The notes beneath the pieces were generated by a model, which worked only from the letters and a program-made list of their open reading frames with translations, was not told the origin of the DNA and did not search any database. Positions 20,796-30,616 of a stretch of 64,000 bases of DNA are shown in pieces. The stretch's first letter is position 1, and each line of letters begins with the position of its first letter. This stretch comes from Flavobacteriales bacterium. GTDB taxonomy: Bacteria; Bacteroidota; Bacteroidia; Palsa-965. The stretch covers positions 1 to 64,000 of the forward strand of contig JBEIPA010000005.1 of the NCBI GenBank assembly GCA_040377305.1, in the 5' to 3' direction. The translations under genes and the position numbers were made by a program.

Positions 20796-21818
20796 CTATT
20801 TGATAAGGAACGGGAACTTGTCGATATTCTTCAGCGCAATACCGGTACCGCGCGCAACTGCGCGAAGCGGATCATCAGCGACGTGAACCGGAAGTTTCGT
20901 CTTCAATGAAATTCGCTTGTCGAGCCCGCGCAAGAGAGAGCCACCGCCCGCGAGATAAATTCCGGTGCGGTAGATATCCGCAGAAAGTTCCGGAGGAGTC
21001 ATCTCGAGTGCATTCAGAATCGCTTCTTCGATTTTCGAAATAGACTTATCCAGCGCGTGTGCAATTTCCACATACGATACATAAATTTCTTTCGGAATAC
21101 CGGTCATTAAGTCGCGACCATGAACCGGGAAATCAGGTGGTGGATTTTCAATCTCCGCCATTGCTGCTCCAACTTCAATTTTAATTCTTTCAGCTGTACG
21201 TTCACCAATGAGAATGTTGTGTTGGCGACGCATGTATTCTTCAATGCTTCCTGTGAATTCATCGCCGGCAATACGGATTGATTTATCGCAAACAATTCCA
21301 CCGAGTGCAATGACTGCAATTTCCGATGTACCACCACCGATGTCGATGATCATATTTCCCATCGGCTCTTCCACGTCGATACCAATACCGATTGCAGCGG
21401 CCATAGGTTCGTGAATGAGATAAACTTCTTTCGCTCCTGCGTGTTCTGCGGAGTCACGAACTGCACGTTTCTCTACTTCCGTAATTCCCGAAGGAATACA
21501 GATCACCATTCGCAATGAAGGTGTAAACAACTTTCTTCCCGGGTTGATCATCTTGATCATTCCACGGATCATGTGTTCTGCTGCGTGGAAATCGGCGATT
21601 ACACCATCTTTCAGAGGACGAATCGTCTTGATGTTCTCGTGCGTTTTTCCATGCATCTGCATCGCCTGTTTTCCAACTGCGATGATTTTACCTGTTGCGC
21701 GATCGATTGCTACGATAGATGGCTCATCGACCACAACCTTGTCGTTGTGAATGATGATTGTGTTTGCCGTTCCAAGGTCAATCGCAATTTCTTGTGTGAA
21801 TAAGTCAAATACACCCAT
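20796..21818 (-). CDS. mreB: Rod shape-determining protein MreB
   Basis: IDLGTANT, DIGGGTSE, GGGSLL motifs. Confidence 0.98.
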   Translation of the reverse strand: MGVFDLFTQEIAIDLGTANTIIIHNDKVVVDEPSIVAIDRATGKIIAVGKQAMQMHGKTHENIKTIRPLKDGVIADFHAAEHMIRGMIKMINPGRKLFTPSLRMVICIPSGITEVEKRAVRDSAEHAGAKEVYLIHEPMAAAIGIGIDVEEPMGNMIIDIGGGTSEIAVIALGGIVCDKSIRIAGDEFTGSIEEYMRRQHNILIGERTAERIKIEVGAAMAEIENPPPDFPVHGRDLMTGIPKEIYVSYVEIAHALDKSISKIEEAILNALEMTPPELSADIYRTGIYLAGGGSLLRGLDKRISLKTKLPVHVADDPLRAVARGTGIALKNIDKFPFLIK

Positions 21819-21869
21819 ATCTCATTGTTGATTTCTGATCTGCTATTCACAAATCGAAATCATTTTACA

Positions 21870-23396
21870 CTAGTGTTTAAAATGTCTGTTACCTGTGATG
21901 ACCATTGCCATACCGTTAGCGTTGCAGTAGTCAATCGAATCTTTATCGCGGATCGATCCTCCGGGTTGCACCACCGCATGTATTCCTGCTTCGTGTGCAA
22001 TCTGAACACAATCAGGAAAAGGGAAGAATGCATCAGATGCCATTACAGCACCTTTCAGATCGAAATTGAATGCGTTTGCTTTTACAATCGCCTGGCGCAA
22101 TGCATCAACACGTGATGTTTGTCCGGTTCCGCTTGCAATGAGTTGTTTGTTCTTCGCAAAAACGATTGTGTTTGATTTCGTGTGCTTCACGAGTTTGTTT
22201 GCGAACACGAGATCTTCGAACTCAGCAGCAGTAGGAACAACTGTTGTTCCCGGTTTCATATCGCTGGCTGTTTCAACTTTCTGGTCTTTGTCCTGAACGA
22301 TTATTCCGTTGAGCAACGAACGATGCTGCATTGCAGAAACTTTAACCGGCTTACGAATGAGTATAATCCGGTTCTGTTTCGCTTTGAGAATATCAAGAGC
22401 CGCTGCATCGTAAGACGGAGCGATAATTACTTCGAAGAAAATTTTCGTGATCTCTGCTGCAGCTGCGGCGTCAATTGCTTTGTTGCAGATGAGAATTCCT
22501 CCGAAAGCCGAAACAGGGTCAGCAGCAAGCGCCTTCGCCCATGCTTCTGTTACCGTATTCGCAGAAGCGCATCCACACGCATTGTTGTGTTTCAGAATCG
22601 CGAAGGTAGTATCTGTGAAATCGTCGATGAGATTACACGCTGCGTCTACGTCGAGGAGATTGTTGTACGAAAGTTCTTTGCCTGCAAGCTTCTCGAACAT
22701 CGCTTCAAGATCGCCGAAGAACATTGCTTTCTGGTGAGGATTCTCTCCGTAACGAAGAGCGCGTCCACCGTTCTGCACAGCGCGGAAAGAAGCTTCAGCA
22801 GCATCACTGTTAAACCAGTTGAAGATTGCTGAATCGTATCCTGAAGAAACTGCAAATGCTTTCGTTGCAAATTTCTTTCTGTCCTCGATATCGCTCGCGC
22901 CATTTTTCGTGTTGAGCAATTCGAGCAGTGACGGATAATCGCTTCGTGAAGAAACGATGATTACATCCTTGAAATTTTTTGCTGCAGCACGAATGAGAGA
23001 AATTCCGCCGATGTCAATTTTCTCTATGATCTCTTGTTCACTTCCACCCGAAGCAACAGTTTGCTCGAACGGGTACAAATCAACAATCACGAGATCAAGT
23101 TCAGGAATTTCATACTCCTCAAGTTGCGCGATATCTGAATCCAATTCGCGACGTGAAAGAATTCCGCCGAAAATTTTAGGATGCAAAGTTTTTACTCTTC
23201 CGCCGAGAATGGACGGATACGATGTGAGCGACTCAACAGGCGTGACCGGAACTTTCAACTCTTCAATAAAAGTTTGTGTGCCGCCGGTGCTGTAAAGTGT
23301 AACTCCCAACTCGTGCAAACGTTTGATCACAGGCTCCAGGTTGTCCTTGTAGAACACTGAAATCAAAGCGCTTTTTATCTTACGTGAACTGCTCAT
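21870..23396 (-). CDS. purH: Bifunctional AICAR transformylase / IMP cyclohydrolase
   Basis: GRVKTLHP, IDIGG, LRYGENPHQ, ASDAFFPF, RHFKH. Confidence 0.98.
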   Translation of the reverse strand: MSSSRKIKSALISVFYKDNLEPVIKRLHELGVTLYSTGGTQTFIEELKVPVTPVESLTSYPSILGGRVKTLHPKIFGGILSRRELDSDIAQLEEYEIPELDLVIVDLYPFEQTVASGGSEQEIIEKIDIGGISLIRAAAKNFKDVIIVSSRSDYPSLLELLNTKNGASDIEDRKKFATKAFAVSSGYDSAIFNWFNSDAAEASFRAVQNGGRALRYGENPHQKAMFFGDLEAMFEKLAGKELSYNNLLDVDAACNLIDDFTDTTFAILKHNNACGCASANTVTEAWAKALAADPVSAFGGILICNKAIDAAAAAEITKIFFEVIIAPSYDAAALDILKAKQNRIILIRKPVKVSAMQHRSLLNGIIVQDKDQKVETASDMKPGTTVVPTAAEFEDLVFANKLVKHTKSNTIVFAKNKQLIASGTGQTSRVDALRQAIVKANAFNFDLKGAVMASDAFFPFPDCVQIAHEAGIHAVVQPGGSIRDKDSIDYCNANGMAMVITGNRHFKH

Positions 23397-23655
23397 ATTC
23401 TACTCTGAAAAATCCTCTCGAAGGTACAAATGTTAATACCCCGAAATTTCTGAAAAACGCGGCTTTTTGACCTTTGTTGATAAGTCGATTTTCTGTTCAT
23501 AATTACGGCTAAGTTCACATGAGGTTACAGCATCCCACCTTACGAAAGTATGGGTTGAAATGTGAGGTAAAGTTTCAACAACACAACCGTGGGTAATGGC
23601 TGAACAACTGTCGGATTTTAAACTTAATCGACTTCATGCTCTCTCGCGCTGAAGC

Positions 23656-23765
23656 GACTGCTCCAACTGCCTACTGTTAGACTGCCTGCTGCGAAACTGC
23701 CGGACTGCCTACCGCAAGACTGCAAGACTGCAAGACTGCCTACCGCAAGACTGCAAGACTGCCTA
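23656..23765 (+). repeat. Short tandem repeats (GACTGCAA / ACTGCCT units)
   Basis: gactgcctaccgcaa-gactgcaa-gactgcaa-gactgcctaccgcaa-gactgcaa-gactgcct. Confidence 0.85.
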
Positions 23766-23832
23766 TCCTGATGCGCATAACGCGATCAGAATCCCGACTC
23801 CACGTCGGGACTGATTTAGCTACCTTTGAGCG

Positions 23833-25080
23833 ATGTTTTTCATAGGTCTCTTCCGGGAAAGTTTACTGTTTGCAATGCACGCCCTTAAGGTGAATCGGTT
23901 GCGAACCCTGCTTTCCCTGCTGGGAATCACCATTGGGATTTTCTCCATAATCGCTGTATTCACGGCTTTCGATTCGCTGGAACGAAAAGTCCGAGGCAGC
24001 TTTGAAGCTTTGGGTGAGAATGTGGTGTTCGTGCAAAAGTGGCCGTGGACATTTGGACCCGATTACCCGTGGTGGAAGTACATGAACCGTCCTCTCCCTA
24101 AAATCAAGGATGCAGACGAAATTCTGGAACGTACTTCAACCACCCAGGCCGCGGTCTTCAACGGTTATGTCCGCAAAACCATTTCTTACAAAACCTCTTT
24201 CGTTGAGAATGCGCAGGTACTTGCCACATCGAAAGGCTATGAGGAGGTGAAAGCCTTCACCATTGAATATGGTCGTTACATGACGGATGATGAGGTGCAA
24301 ACCGGGAAGGCAATTTGCATCATCGGTCACGGAATTGGGGAAGCGCTTTTCGGAAATCAGGATCCGGTGGGACTGGAACTGAAACTCTATGGACAGAAAG
24401 TTCAGATCGTTGGTCAGTTTGGCCGGGAAGGTGAAAGCCTTTTCGGAAACAGTCTTGACAACATGGTGGTTGTGCCAGCCGAATTTTTACAGAAGTATTA
24501 CGACCTGGAAACAGACGAAGTAAACCCATCAATTCTGGTAAAGGGGAAAACCGGAGTCAGCCTTGAACAAATGAAAGATGACCTGATGGGAAATCTTCGG
24601 GCTATCCGGAAACTTCCCCCGGGAGCTGATGAAGACTTCGCGTTGAATGAAGTGAGTGTTCTTACGGCTCAAACCACAGAAATCTTCAACGTCTTCGGAA
24701 CAATCGGTTGGATCATCGGCGCGTTCTCCATACTTGTTGGAGGATTCGGAATTTCAAACATCATGTTCGTTTCTGTGAAAGAGCGAACTAACCAGATTGG
24801 AATTCAGAAAGCCTTAGGTGCGAAGAACTGGTTTATCCTTTCGCAGTTCCTGATTGAGTCAGTATTGCTGTGCATTATGGGAGGATTAGCGGGGCTCGGA
24901 TTGGTTTACCTCGGAACGGTGATCGCTTCCTATTACATTGACTTTGAATTTGTGTTAACCACATCGAACGTTATTCTCGGACTGACCATTTCAACCATGA
25001 TCGGAATTATTTCCGGCTTTGTTCCGGCGTACGGAGCATCGCAGCTCGATCCGGTGGAAGCAATACGCAGCGGAATCTAA
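23833..25080 (+). CDS. MacB/FtsX family ABC transporter permease
   Basis: RTLLSLLGITIG, VSVKERTNQIGIQKALGA, LDPVEAIR. Confidence 0.93.
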   Translation: MFFIGLFRESLLFAMHALKVNRLRTLLSLLGITIGIFSIIAVFTAFDSLERKVRGSFEALGENVVFVQKWPWTFGPDYPWWKYMNRPLPKIKDADEILERTSTTQAAVFNGYVRKTISYKTSFVENAQVLATSKGYEEVKAFTIEYGRYMTDDEVQTGKAICIIGHGIGEALFGNQDPVGLELKLYGQKVQIVGQFGREGESLFGNSLDNMVVVPAEFLQKYYDLETDEVNPSILVKGKTGVSLEQMKDDLMGNLRAIRKLPPGADEDFALNEVSVLTAQTTEIFNVFGTIGWIIGAFSILVGGFGISNIMFVSVKERTNQIGIQKALGAKNWFILSQFLIESVLLCIMGGLAGLGLVYLGTVIASYYIDFEFVLTTSNVILGLTISTMIGIISGFVPAYGASQLDPVEAIRSGI

Positions 25081-25427
25081 TGGCATACGTAACACTTAAA
25101 CGACCTGTTCTGCTCACCATTCTACTGGTGGTTAGCTACATTTTTATTGTGTTGTTCAGTATGGGAATGTTGCTCTCACCCGAGACAAAGCGTATGGGCG
25201 ATTTCTTTCCCGCACTGTTCGGTTTGCTTGTGGCCGCACGATTTATTGCACTCACCGGTGTGTGGTACATGAAACGTTGGGGCGTAGAATTATTCCTGAT
25301 CACTTTCGGAGCCACGTTAGCGAAAGCAATTCTGCTCGACGACTTCAGTATGCTCAGTACAGCCTGGCATGTGATCCTGATCGTCGTGTTCATGATTTAC
25401 TATCGGAAGATGGATAGGAATCTTTAG
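25080..25427 (+). CDS. Hypothetical four-TM membrane protein
   Basis: Coupled to the permease stop; GVWYMKRWG motif. Confidence 0.7.
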   Translation: MAYVTLKRPVLLTILLVVSYIFIVLFSMGMLLSPETKRMGDFFPALFGLLVAARFIALTGVWYMKRWGVELFLITFGATLAKAILLDDFSMLSTAWHVILIVVFMIYYRKMDRNL

Positions 25428-25709
25428 GCGATTGTTTTTCGGAAGAACGTGACACCTCATTTCCGGCCCATAATCCGGAAGTCTATAGGCCAGCCAGCAA
25501 AAATCTGCAGTCTTTAAGGAAAATGCATTCAGAAGCGAATAAGTTTTCAGATAGCGAATAGTTTTCGCGTTTTTCATCAAAGCCCACGGATTTTGGGAAA
25601 TACCGCAAATCCATTCTTTTCCCTGATCTTGTGGTTGAGTCAAAATTGAATAGTGCAAAATCTACTCGGGTGGTTGCACTATCTCGTTTCTCTGGCACCG
25701 GCATGGTCC

Positions 25710-25717
25710 TAAATTTG
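25710..25717 (+). promoter_or_regulatory. Putative -7 promoter of the 8-gene operon
   Basis: TAAATTTG matches TAnnTTTG, 57 nt upstream of ATG 25775. Confidence 0.5.
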
Positions 25718-25774
25718 TCTTAGCAATTTGTATTACGCCGTTTACCCGCGGCGCATACTGAATAAACAGCACAC

Positions 25775-27052
25775 ATGGCATCATCCAACGAAAAAGCACA
25801 AAAAGCGCTCGCACTTATCGAATCCGTTCACGGCATCAAAGCGCTCGCTGAACAATTGAGAAAAAAAACCGACAACATTCCCCCGCGCGACAATTTTCCT
25901 ACCGAAGGAATGGCTTCACCGGAGGGAAAAGAAAAACGCCTGCAATATCTTGCTGAAACAACAGGTCACCAGTTTGAATTCCTGAATGCAAAAAAGCAAA
26001 TTACTTCATTCAACCAGCTCGCCGGCAACATCGAAAATTTCATCGGGATGACGCAGGTGCCTACAGGTATCATCGGACCTTTGCGTGTGTTGGGAACTGT
26101 TGCTAATGATGATTATTATGTTCCGCTTGCAACAAGTGAAGGCGCACTCGTCGCTTCTTATCATCGCGGTGCAAAAGCTACACGGTTGAGCGGCGGCATA
26201 ACTTCCGTTTGCCTTGTGCAAGGCGTGCAGCGTAGCCCGGCGTTTCGTTTCCAGGATATTGGCGCAGCAGTAACATTTCTCGGCTGGGCTTATTCACAAC
26301 GTGAAAAAGCAAATGAATTGGTGAGCATGAATAGCCGCCATGCAAAGCTACAGGACATACGCGCAAATATTGAAGGGAACCAACTCATCCTGACATTCGA
26401 ATATCATACCGGAGATGCAGCAGGACAAAACATGGTCACGATTTGTACTGATGCCATCTGTCGTTACCTCGTGGAAAATGCGCCGGTAAAACCAGAAGCG
26501 TGGTACATTGAAAGTAATTATTCCGGCGACAAAAAAGCAACTTCACTTTCATTCACTACTGTGCGCGGAAAAAAAGTGAGTGCGGAATGTGTGCTGCCGC
26601 GCGCGATCGTTGAAAAAGTATTGAGAACGACACCGGAAGCCATGGCGGAATATTGGCAGGCTTCAACGATCGGAGTAATTCAGAGTGGTGCGATCGGTGC
26701 GCAAGGGCATGTGGCGAATGGACTTACTGCATTATTTCTCGCCACCGGCCAGGATGTTGCATGCATTGCGGAAGCTGCCATAGGAATTACACGTATGCAG
26801 CTTACCCCGAATGGCGATCTATATACGAGTGTGACATTACCAAACCTGATCGTAGGAACTGTAGGTGGCGGCACAGGACTTCCGACACAACGCGAATGTT
26901 TGGAGCTGATGGATTGTTATGGCGCGGACAGAGCGGCAAAGTTTGCGGAGATCTGCGGTGCAGTTGCATTGGCCGGCGAAATTTCAATCGCTGCTGCACT
27001 TGCCGCAGGACATTTTACTGGTGCGCACGCAAAATTAGGACGCAAGCACTAA
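25775..27052 (+). CDS. Class I-type HMG-CoA reductase-like protein
   Basis: ENFIG, PLATSEGALVAS, TGDAAGQNM, GDKK, GQD, GTVGGGT, GEIS, C-terminal His. Confidence 0.9.
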   Translation: MASSNEKAQKALALIESVHGIKALAEQLRKKTDNIPPRDNFPTEGMASPEGKEKRLQYLAETTGHQFEFLNAKKQITSFNQLAGNIENFIGMTQVPTGIIGPLRVLGTVANDDYYVPLATSEGALVASYHRGAKATRLSGGITSVCLVQGVQRSPAFRFQDIGAAVTFLGWAYSQREKANELVSMNSRHAKLQDIRANIEGNQLILTFEYHTGDAAGQNMVTICTDAICRYLVENAPVKPEAWYIESNYSGDKKATSLSFTTVRGKKVSAECVLPRAIVEKVLRTTPEAMAEYWQASTIGVIQSGAIGAQGHVANGLTALFLATGQDVACIAEAAIGITRMQLTPNGDLYTSVTLPNLIVGTVGGGTGLPTQRECLELMDCYGADRAAKFAEICGAVALAGEISIAAALAAGHFTGAHAKLGRKH

Positions 27053-27056
27053 GCAG

Positions 27057-28013
27057 ATGAGTAACGCATTTTCAAAAACTGCAGAGAACAACGCGTCTTT
27101 CCTGAAACGATTCTGGATCTACCAGCGCGAACGTTTTCCTGTTTTCGGCCATGGTCCGTTGGTGGCAGCGTTCAGCTTTTCTGCAATCGCATATTCACGT
27201 ATCTGTCGCGGTGCTGAAGGTTTTGTTCCGTGGGACCGTTACCTCATTGGTATTATCACTACGGTCACTTTATTTCTTCTCGTGCGAATCTTCGATGAAT
27301 TCAAAGACCGGAAAGAAGATGCGCAATATCGCCCGGAGCTACCTGTTCCCCGCGGATTGGTTTCCTTACGTGAGCTTGCAATTGTAGGAATTGGTGTTGC
27401 GGTGATACAAATTGTGCTCAACGCACTATTTTTTCCGAAAATGTTTCTCATCTATTGCATCGTCATCGGTTACCTGCTGCTGATGGGGAAAGAATTTTTC
27501 ATTCCAAAATGGCTGAAGGAACACCAGTTCTGGTACGTCACTTCACACATGCTGATCATCCCGCTTGTAGATATTTATGCAAGCGGCCTGGACTGGCTGG
27601 TAGAAGGGCAAGCTGCGCCGAAAGGATTGATCTTCTTCTTTATAGTTTCTTTCTTCAACGGCATTGTGCTGGAGATCGGAAGAAAGATTCGTACGCCCGA
27701 TAGTGAAGCAGAAGGTGTGGTGACTTATTCATCGATGCACGGCCCGGTAAAAGCAACGGCGATGTGGCTGGTCATATTACTCATCACATTTGGCTGGGCG
27801 GTTGCTGCTTCGTGGTTTGCAGGTTATGGACAATCAGGCTTGCTCGTCATGGGAATAATATTGTTGATCTGCGCATTACCCGCATTTTTATTCCTGCGTA
27901 AGATGACAGCGAAAAATGCGAAGTTCATTGAATATGCATCAGCATTGTGGACGATTGCCATGTATCTTTCATTGGGCGGGATACCGATGGTCACCGAACT
28001 AATGCATAAGTAA
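27057..28013 (+). CDS. UbiA superfamily prenyltransferase-like membrane protein
   Basis: About 8 TM; first acidic motif DEFKDRKED...RPELPVPRG. Confidence 0.8.
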   Translation: MSNAFSKTAENNASFLKRFWIYQRERFPVFGHGPLVAAFSFSAIAYSRICRGAEGFVPWDRYLIGIITTVTLFLLVRIFDEFKDRKEDAQYRPELPVPRGLVSLRELAIVGIGVAVIQIVLNALFFPKMFLIYCIVIGYLLLMGKEFFIPKWLKEHQFWYVTSHMLIIPLVDIYASGLDWLVEGQAAPKGLIFFFIVSFFNGIVLEIGRKIRTPDSEAEGVVTYSSMHGPVKATAMWLVILLITFGWAVAASWFAGYGQSGLLVMGIILLICALPAFLFLRKMTAKNAKFIEYASALWTIAMYLSLGGIPMVTELMHK

Positions 28014-28018
28014 CGACT

Positions 28019-30616
28019 ATGAAATTCATTTCATCAGGTACACTTCCTTCACAGCGCCACGGAACATTCGGAGGTAAAGCCGCGAATCTTTTCCGGTTGA
28101 TGTATGAAGGTTTCAGCGTTCCCGCATTTGTAGTTATTCCGTTGGAAGAAGGTCTTTCTGCCCTTCCTGAAAATGTGTTACAGTCAAATGATTTTGAAAC
28201 GACCCGTAAAAGCATTCTTGCGTACAATTTTCCAGAACATTTCATTTCATCAATAACAGATGATACATTAATCAGCACGTATTATTCTGTGCGTTCTTCC
28301 GCGGCTGATGAAGATGGGGGACAGCATTCTTTCGCCGGGCAATTTGAAACGAAACTTTTCGTGACGAAAGAAACCATGGCGGAAAGCATTAAGGAAGTCT
28401 GGCTTTCTGCTTATTCGGAACGTGTGCGGCTTTATCGTGAAACGAATGGGATTCAATCGAAACACGGGATCGCTGTTATTATTCAATGTATGATCAATCC
28501 GGAAGTTTCAGGAGTTGCTTTCGGCGTTCATCCTGCGACTGGCGATCGCAAAACGAAAGTGATCAGCGCAGTGTTTGGTTTAGGCGAGGGAATTGTTTCC
28601 GGTGAATTGAATGCGGATAATTATTTGGTGCGCGATAACGAGATCAAGACTGAGCTTGCAGAAAAAACCGAATGGGTCATTGCTGATAAAACTAAAGGTT
28701 TCGGAACAATCAAGGCTTCACTGCCGCAGGAACAGAGAAATAAACCTACGCTGAATACAACAGAAATTCAGGCTATTGCCGGCATTCTTGATCAGCTGAA
28801 AACTATATACGGACGTCCGCAGGATATTGAATTCGCTATTGATCATCAGTCAATTTATCTTTTGCAGGCGCGCCCCGTCACCACGGTAGGTAACCTGGCT
28901 GATCCGGACGGTGAATATATTGTGTGGGACAACAGCAACATCGTTGAATCTTATCCTGGACTTACCACGCCGCTTACTTTTTCTTTCATTCGTAAAATGT
29001 ACGAAGCGGTGTACATCCAGTTTTCATCGATCATGGGAATTGATAAAAAAGAGATCGCTGAACATTCTGCTGTCTACGCAAATATGCTTGGGCTGCTCGA
29101 TGGCCGCGTATATTATAACCTGCGCAGCTGGTATAAATTATTGTCGTTGCTGCCCGGCTATTCCCTGAATGCAGGGTTCATGGAAAAGATGATGGGCGTG
29201 AAAGAAAAATTTGAGCTCACCGATTATGTGCCGCGCACAAAATTCCGTGAACGATTGCGTGTACTGAATATGGTTCGCCTGACGATTTCCAATCTTCGGA
29301 AACTGCCGGAGATGCGTCGCTCATTTACACTGGAATTTGAAAGCGTGATAAATAAATATGACGCGATGAATTTTTCAGCTTGTACTTCCTGGGAGCTGAT
29401 GCATTTTTACAAAGATTTCGAACAGACTCTGCTGAAGAAATGGAAAGCGCCGCTGGTCAATGATTTTTTTGCCATGATCTATTATGGAACATTGCAAAAG
29501 CTGGTTGTAAAATACGGGCTCGACGAAACAGGAACACTTCATAATGATCTTCTATGTGGCGCTAGGGATATTATCAGCACCGAACCAATTTACCGTTGCA
29601 GGGAAATTGCAGGCGAAATCCAGTCGAACGCAGTAGCATCACAGCTATTCCGGAATGAAGATGATGCTTTTATCTGGAAGGAATTATCCGCAGGCCAATT
29701 TCCGGTGATCAAAAAACAAATGGATAAATACATCCATGATTGGGGCGATCGCTCGGTGGGTGAGCTGAAGCTGGAAACTGTTACGTATCGCCAGGACCCG
29801 AAATTGCTGGTACGCGTGTTGAAAGGATTTTTACAACAGCGCGAACCCGCACAAAAAGATTTTGATCTGAAAATGCGGGATGCTGCAGAAGCAGTTGTTC
29901 GAAAAAAACTTTCGGGAAAGCCGGTGAAGAAAATAATCTTCCGCTATTTTCTGAACAAATCCCGCGATCTGGTAAGCAGCCGCGAAAATCTGCGTTATGC
30001 ACGTACGCGAGGTTTCGGCATGGTCCGGAGAATGTTTATAGCTATAGGACAAAACTTTTACAGTGAAAGTGTGCTCGATGATCCACGTGATATTTTCTGG
30101 CTGAAAATGGAAGAGATCTTTGATTTCATCCAAGGCACAAGTGAAACACGAAATTTTCGTCCGCTCATCGCATTGCGGAAAAATGAATACTTACTCTTCA
30201 GTAAAAAATCAACTGCAGAACGCATTCCTACGAAAGGAATCGTTTATGTCGGTAACGATTTTTCTGTCGCACCGGTCATGATGACCAATGACAAAGCTTC
30301 ATTAAAAGGAATTGCTTGTTGTCCCGGAATTGTAAAAGCCCGCATACGTGTTGTGCATGATCCGCACAGCCTCAGCTCACTGGATGGCGACATTCTTGTT
30401 ACCGCAAGCACTGATCCGGGTTGGGTTACACTGTTTCCTTCCGCTTCAGCCATTCTTGTTGAGCGCGGCAGTTTGCTTAGTCATTCCGCAATTGTTTCGC
30501 GCGAAATGGGAATTCCATGCATCGTTGGTATTACTGGTTTGCTGCAAAAAGTAAAAACGGGCGATCTTGTAGCGATGAATGGCAGCACCGGTGAAATTCA
30601 TATTCTGGAATCGTGA
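28019..30616 (+). CDS. PEP-utilising-family dikinase (ATP-grasp / substrate-binding / C-terminal phospho-His; RPH/PigC architecture)
   Basis: GGKAANL, VRSSAADED...SFAGQF, QDIEFA, LQARPVT, TDPGW, LSHSAIVSREMGIP. Confidence 0.9.
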   Translation: MKFISSGTLPSQRHGTFGGKAANLFRLMYEGFSVPAFVVIPLEEGLSALPENVLQSNDFETTRKSILAYNFPEHFISSITDDTLISTYYSVRSSAADEDGGQHSFAGQFETKLFVTKETMAESIKEVWLSAYSERVRLYRETNGIQSKHGIAVIIQCMINPEVSGVAFGVHPATGDRKTKVISAVFGLGEGIVSGELNADNYLVRDNEIKTELAEKTEWVIADKTKGFGTIKASLPQEQRNKPTLNTTEIQAIAGILDQLKTIYGRPQDIEFAIDHQSIYLLQARPVTTVGNLADPDGEYIVWDNSNIVESYPGLTTPLTFSFIRKMYEAVYIQFSSIMGIDKKEIAEHSAVYANMLGLLDGRVYYNLRSWYKLLSLLPGYSLNAGFMEKMMGVKEKFELTDYVPRTKFRERLRVLNMVRLTISNLRKLPEMRRSFTLEFESVINKYDAMNFSACTSWELMHFYKDFEQTLLKKWKAPLVNDFFAMIYYGTLQKLVVKYGLDETGTLHNDLLCGARDIISTEPIYRCREIAGEIQSNAVASQLFRNEDDAFIWKELSAGQFPVIKKQMDKYIHDWGDRSVGELKLETVTYRQDPKLLVRVLKGFLQQREPAQKDFDLKMRDAAEAVVRKKLSGKPVKKIIFRYFLNKSRDLVSSRENLRYARTRGFGMVRRMFIAIGQNFYSESVLDDPRDIFWLKMEEIFDFIQGTSETRNFRPLIALRKNEYLLFSKKSTAERIPTKGIVYVGNDFSVAPVMMTNDKASLKGIACCPGIVKARIRVVHDPHSLSSLDGDILVTASTDPGWVTLFPSASAILVERGSLLSHSAIVSREMGIPCIVGITGLLQKVKTGDLVAMNGSTGEIHILES

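Noticed and set aside
22182-22832. Long antisense ORFs (also 5674-6327, 37292-37843, 47888-48460, 59577-60221)
   Set aside because: They lie opposite well-supported genes and show no motifs; treated as shadow ORFs
16212-23396. purH-mreBCD-mrdA-rodA linkage
   Set aside because: Standard Bacteroidota synteny, not novel
23400-23650. ZTP (pfl) riboswitch upstream of purH
   Set aside because: Consensus not recognisable on the minus strand, and a promoter-like box lies only about 20 nt from the purH start
23656-23765. CRISPR array
   Set aside because: Units are 7-15 bp with no unique spacers; no cas genes in the window
28019-30616. PEP synthase or rifampicin resistance gene
   Set aside because: No pyruvate-binding barrel; embedded in a biosynthetic operon; resistance cannot be inferred from architecture alone
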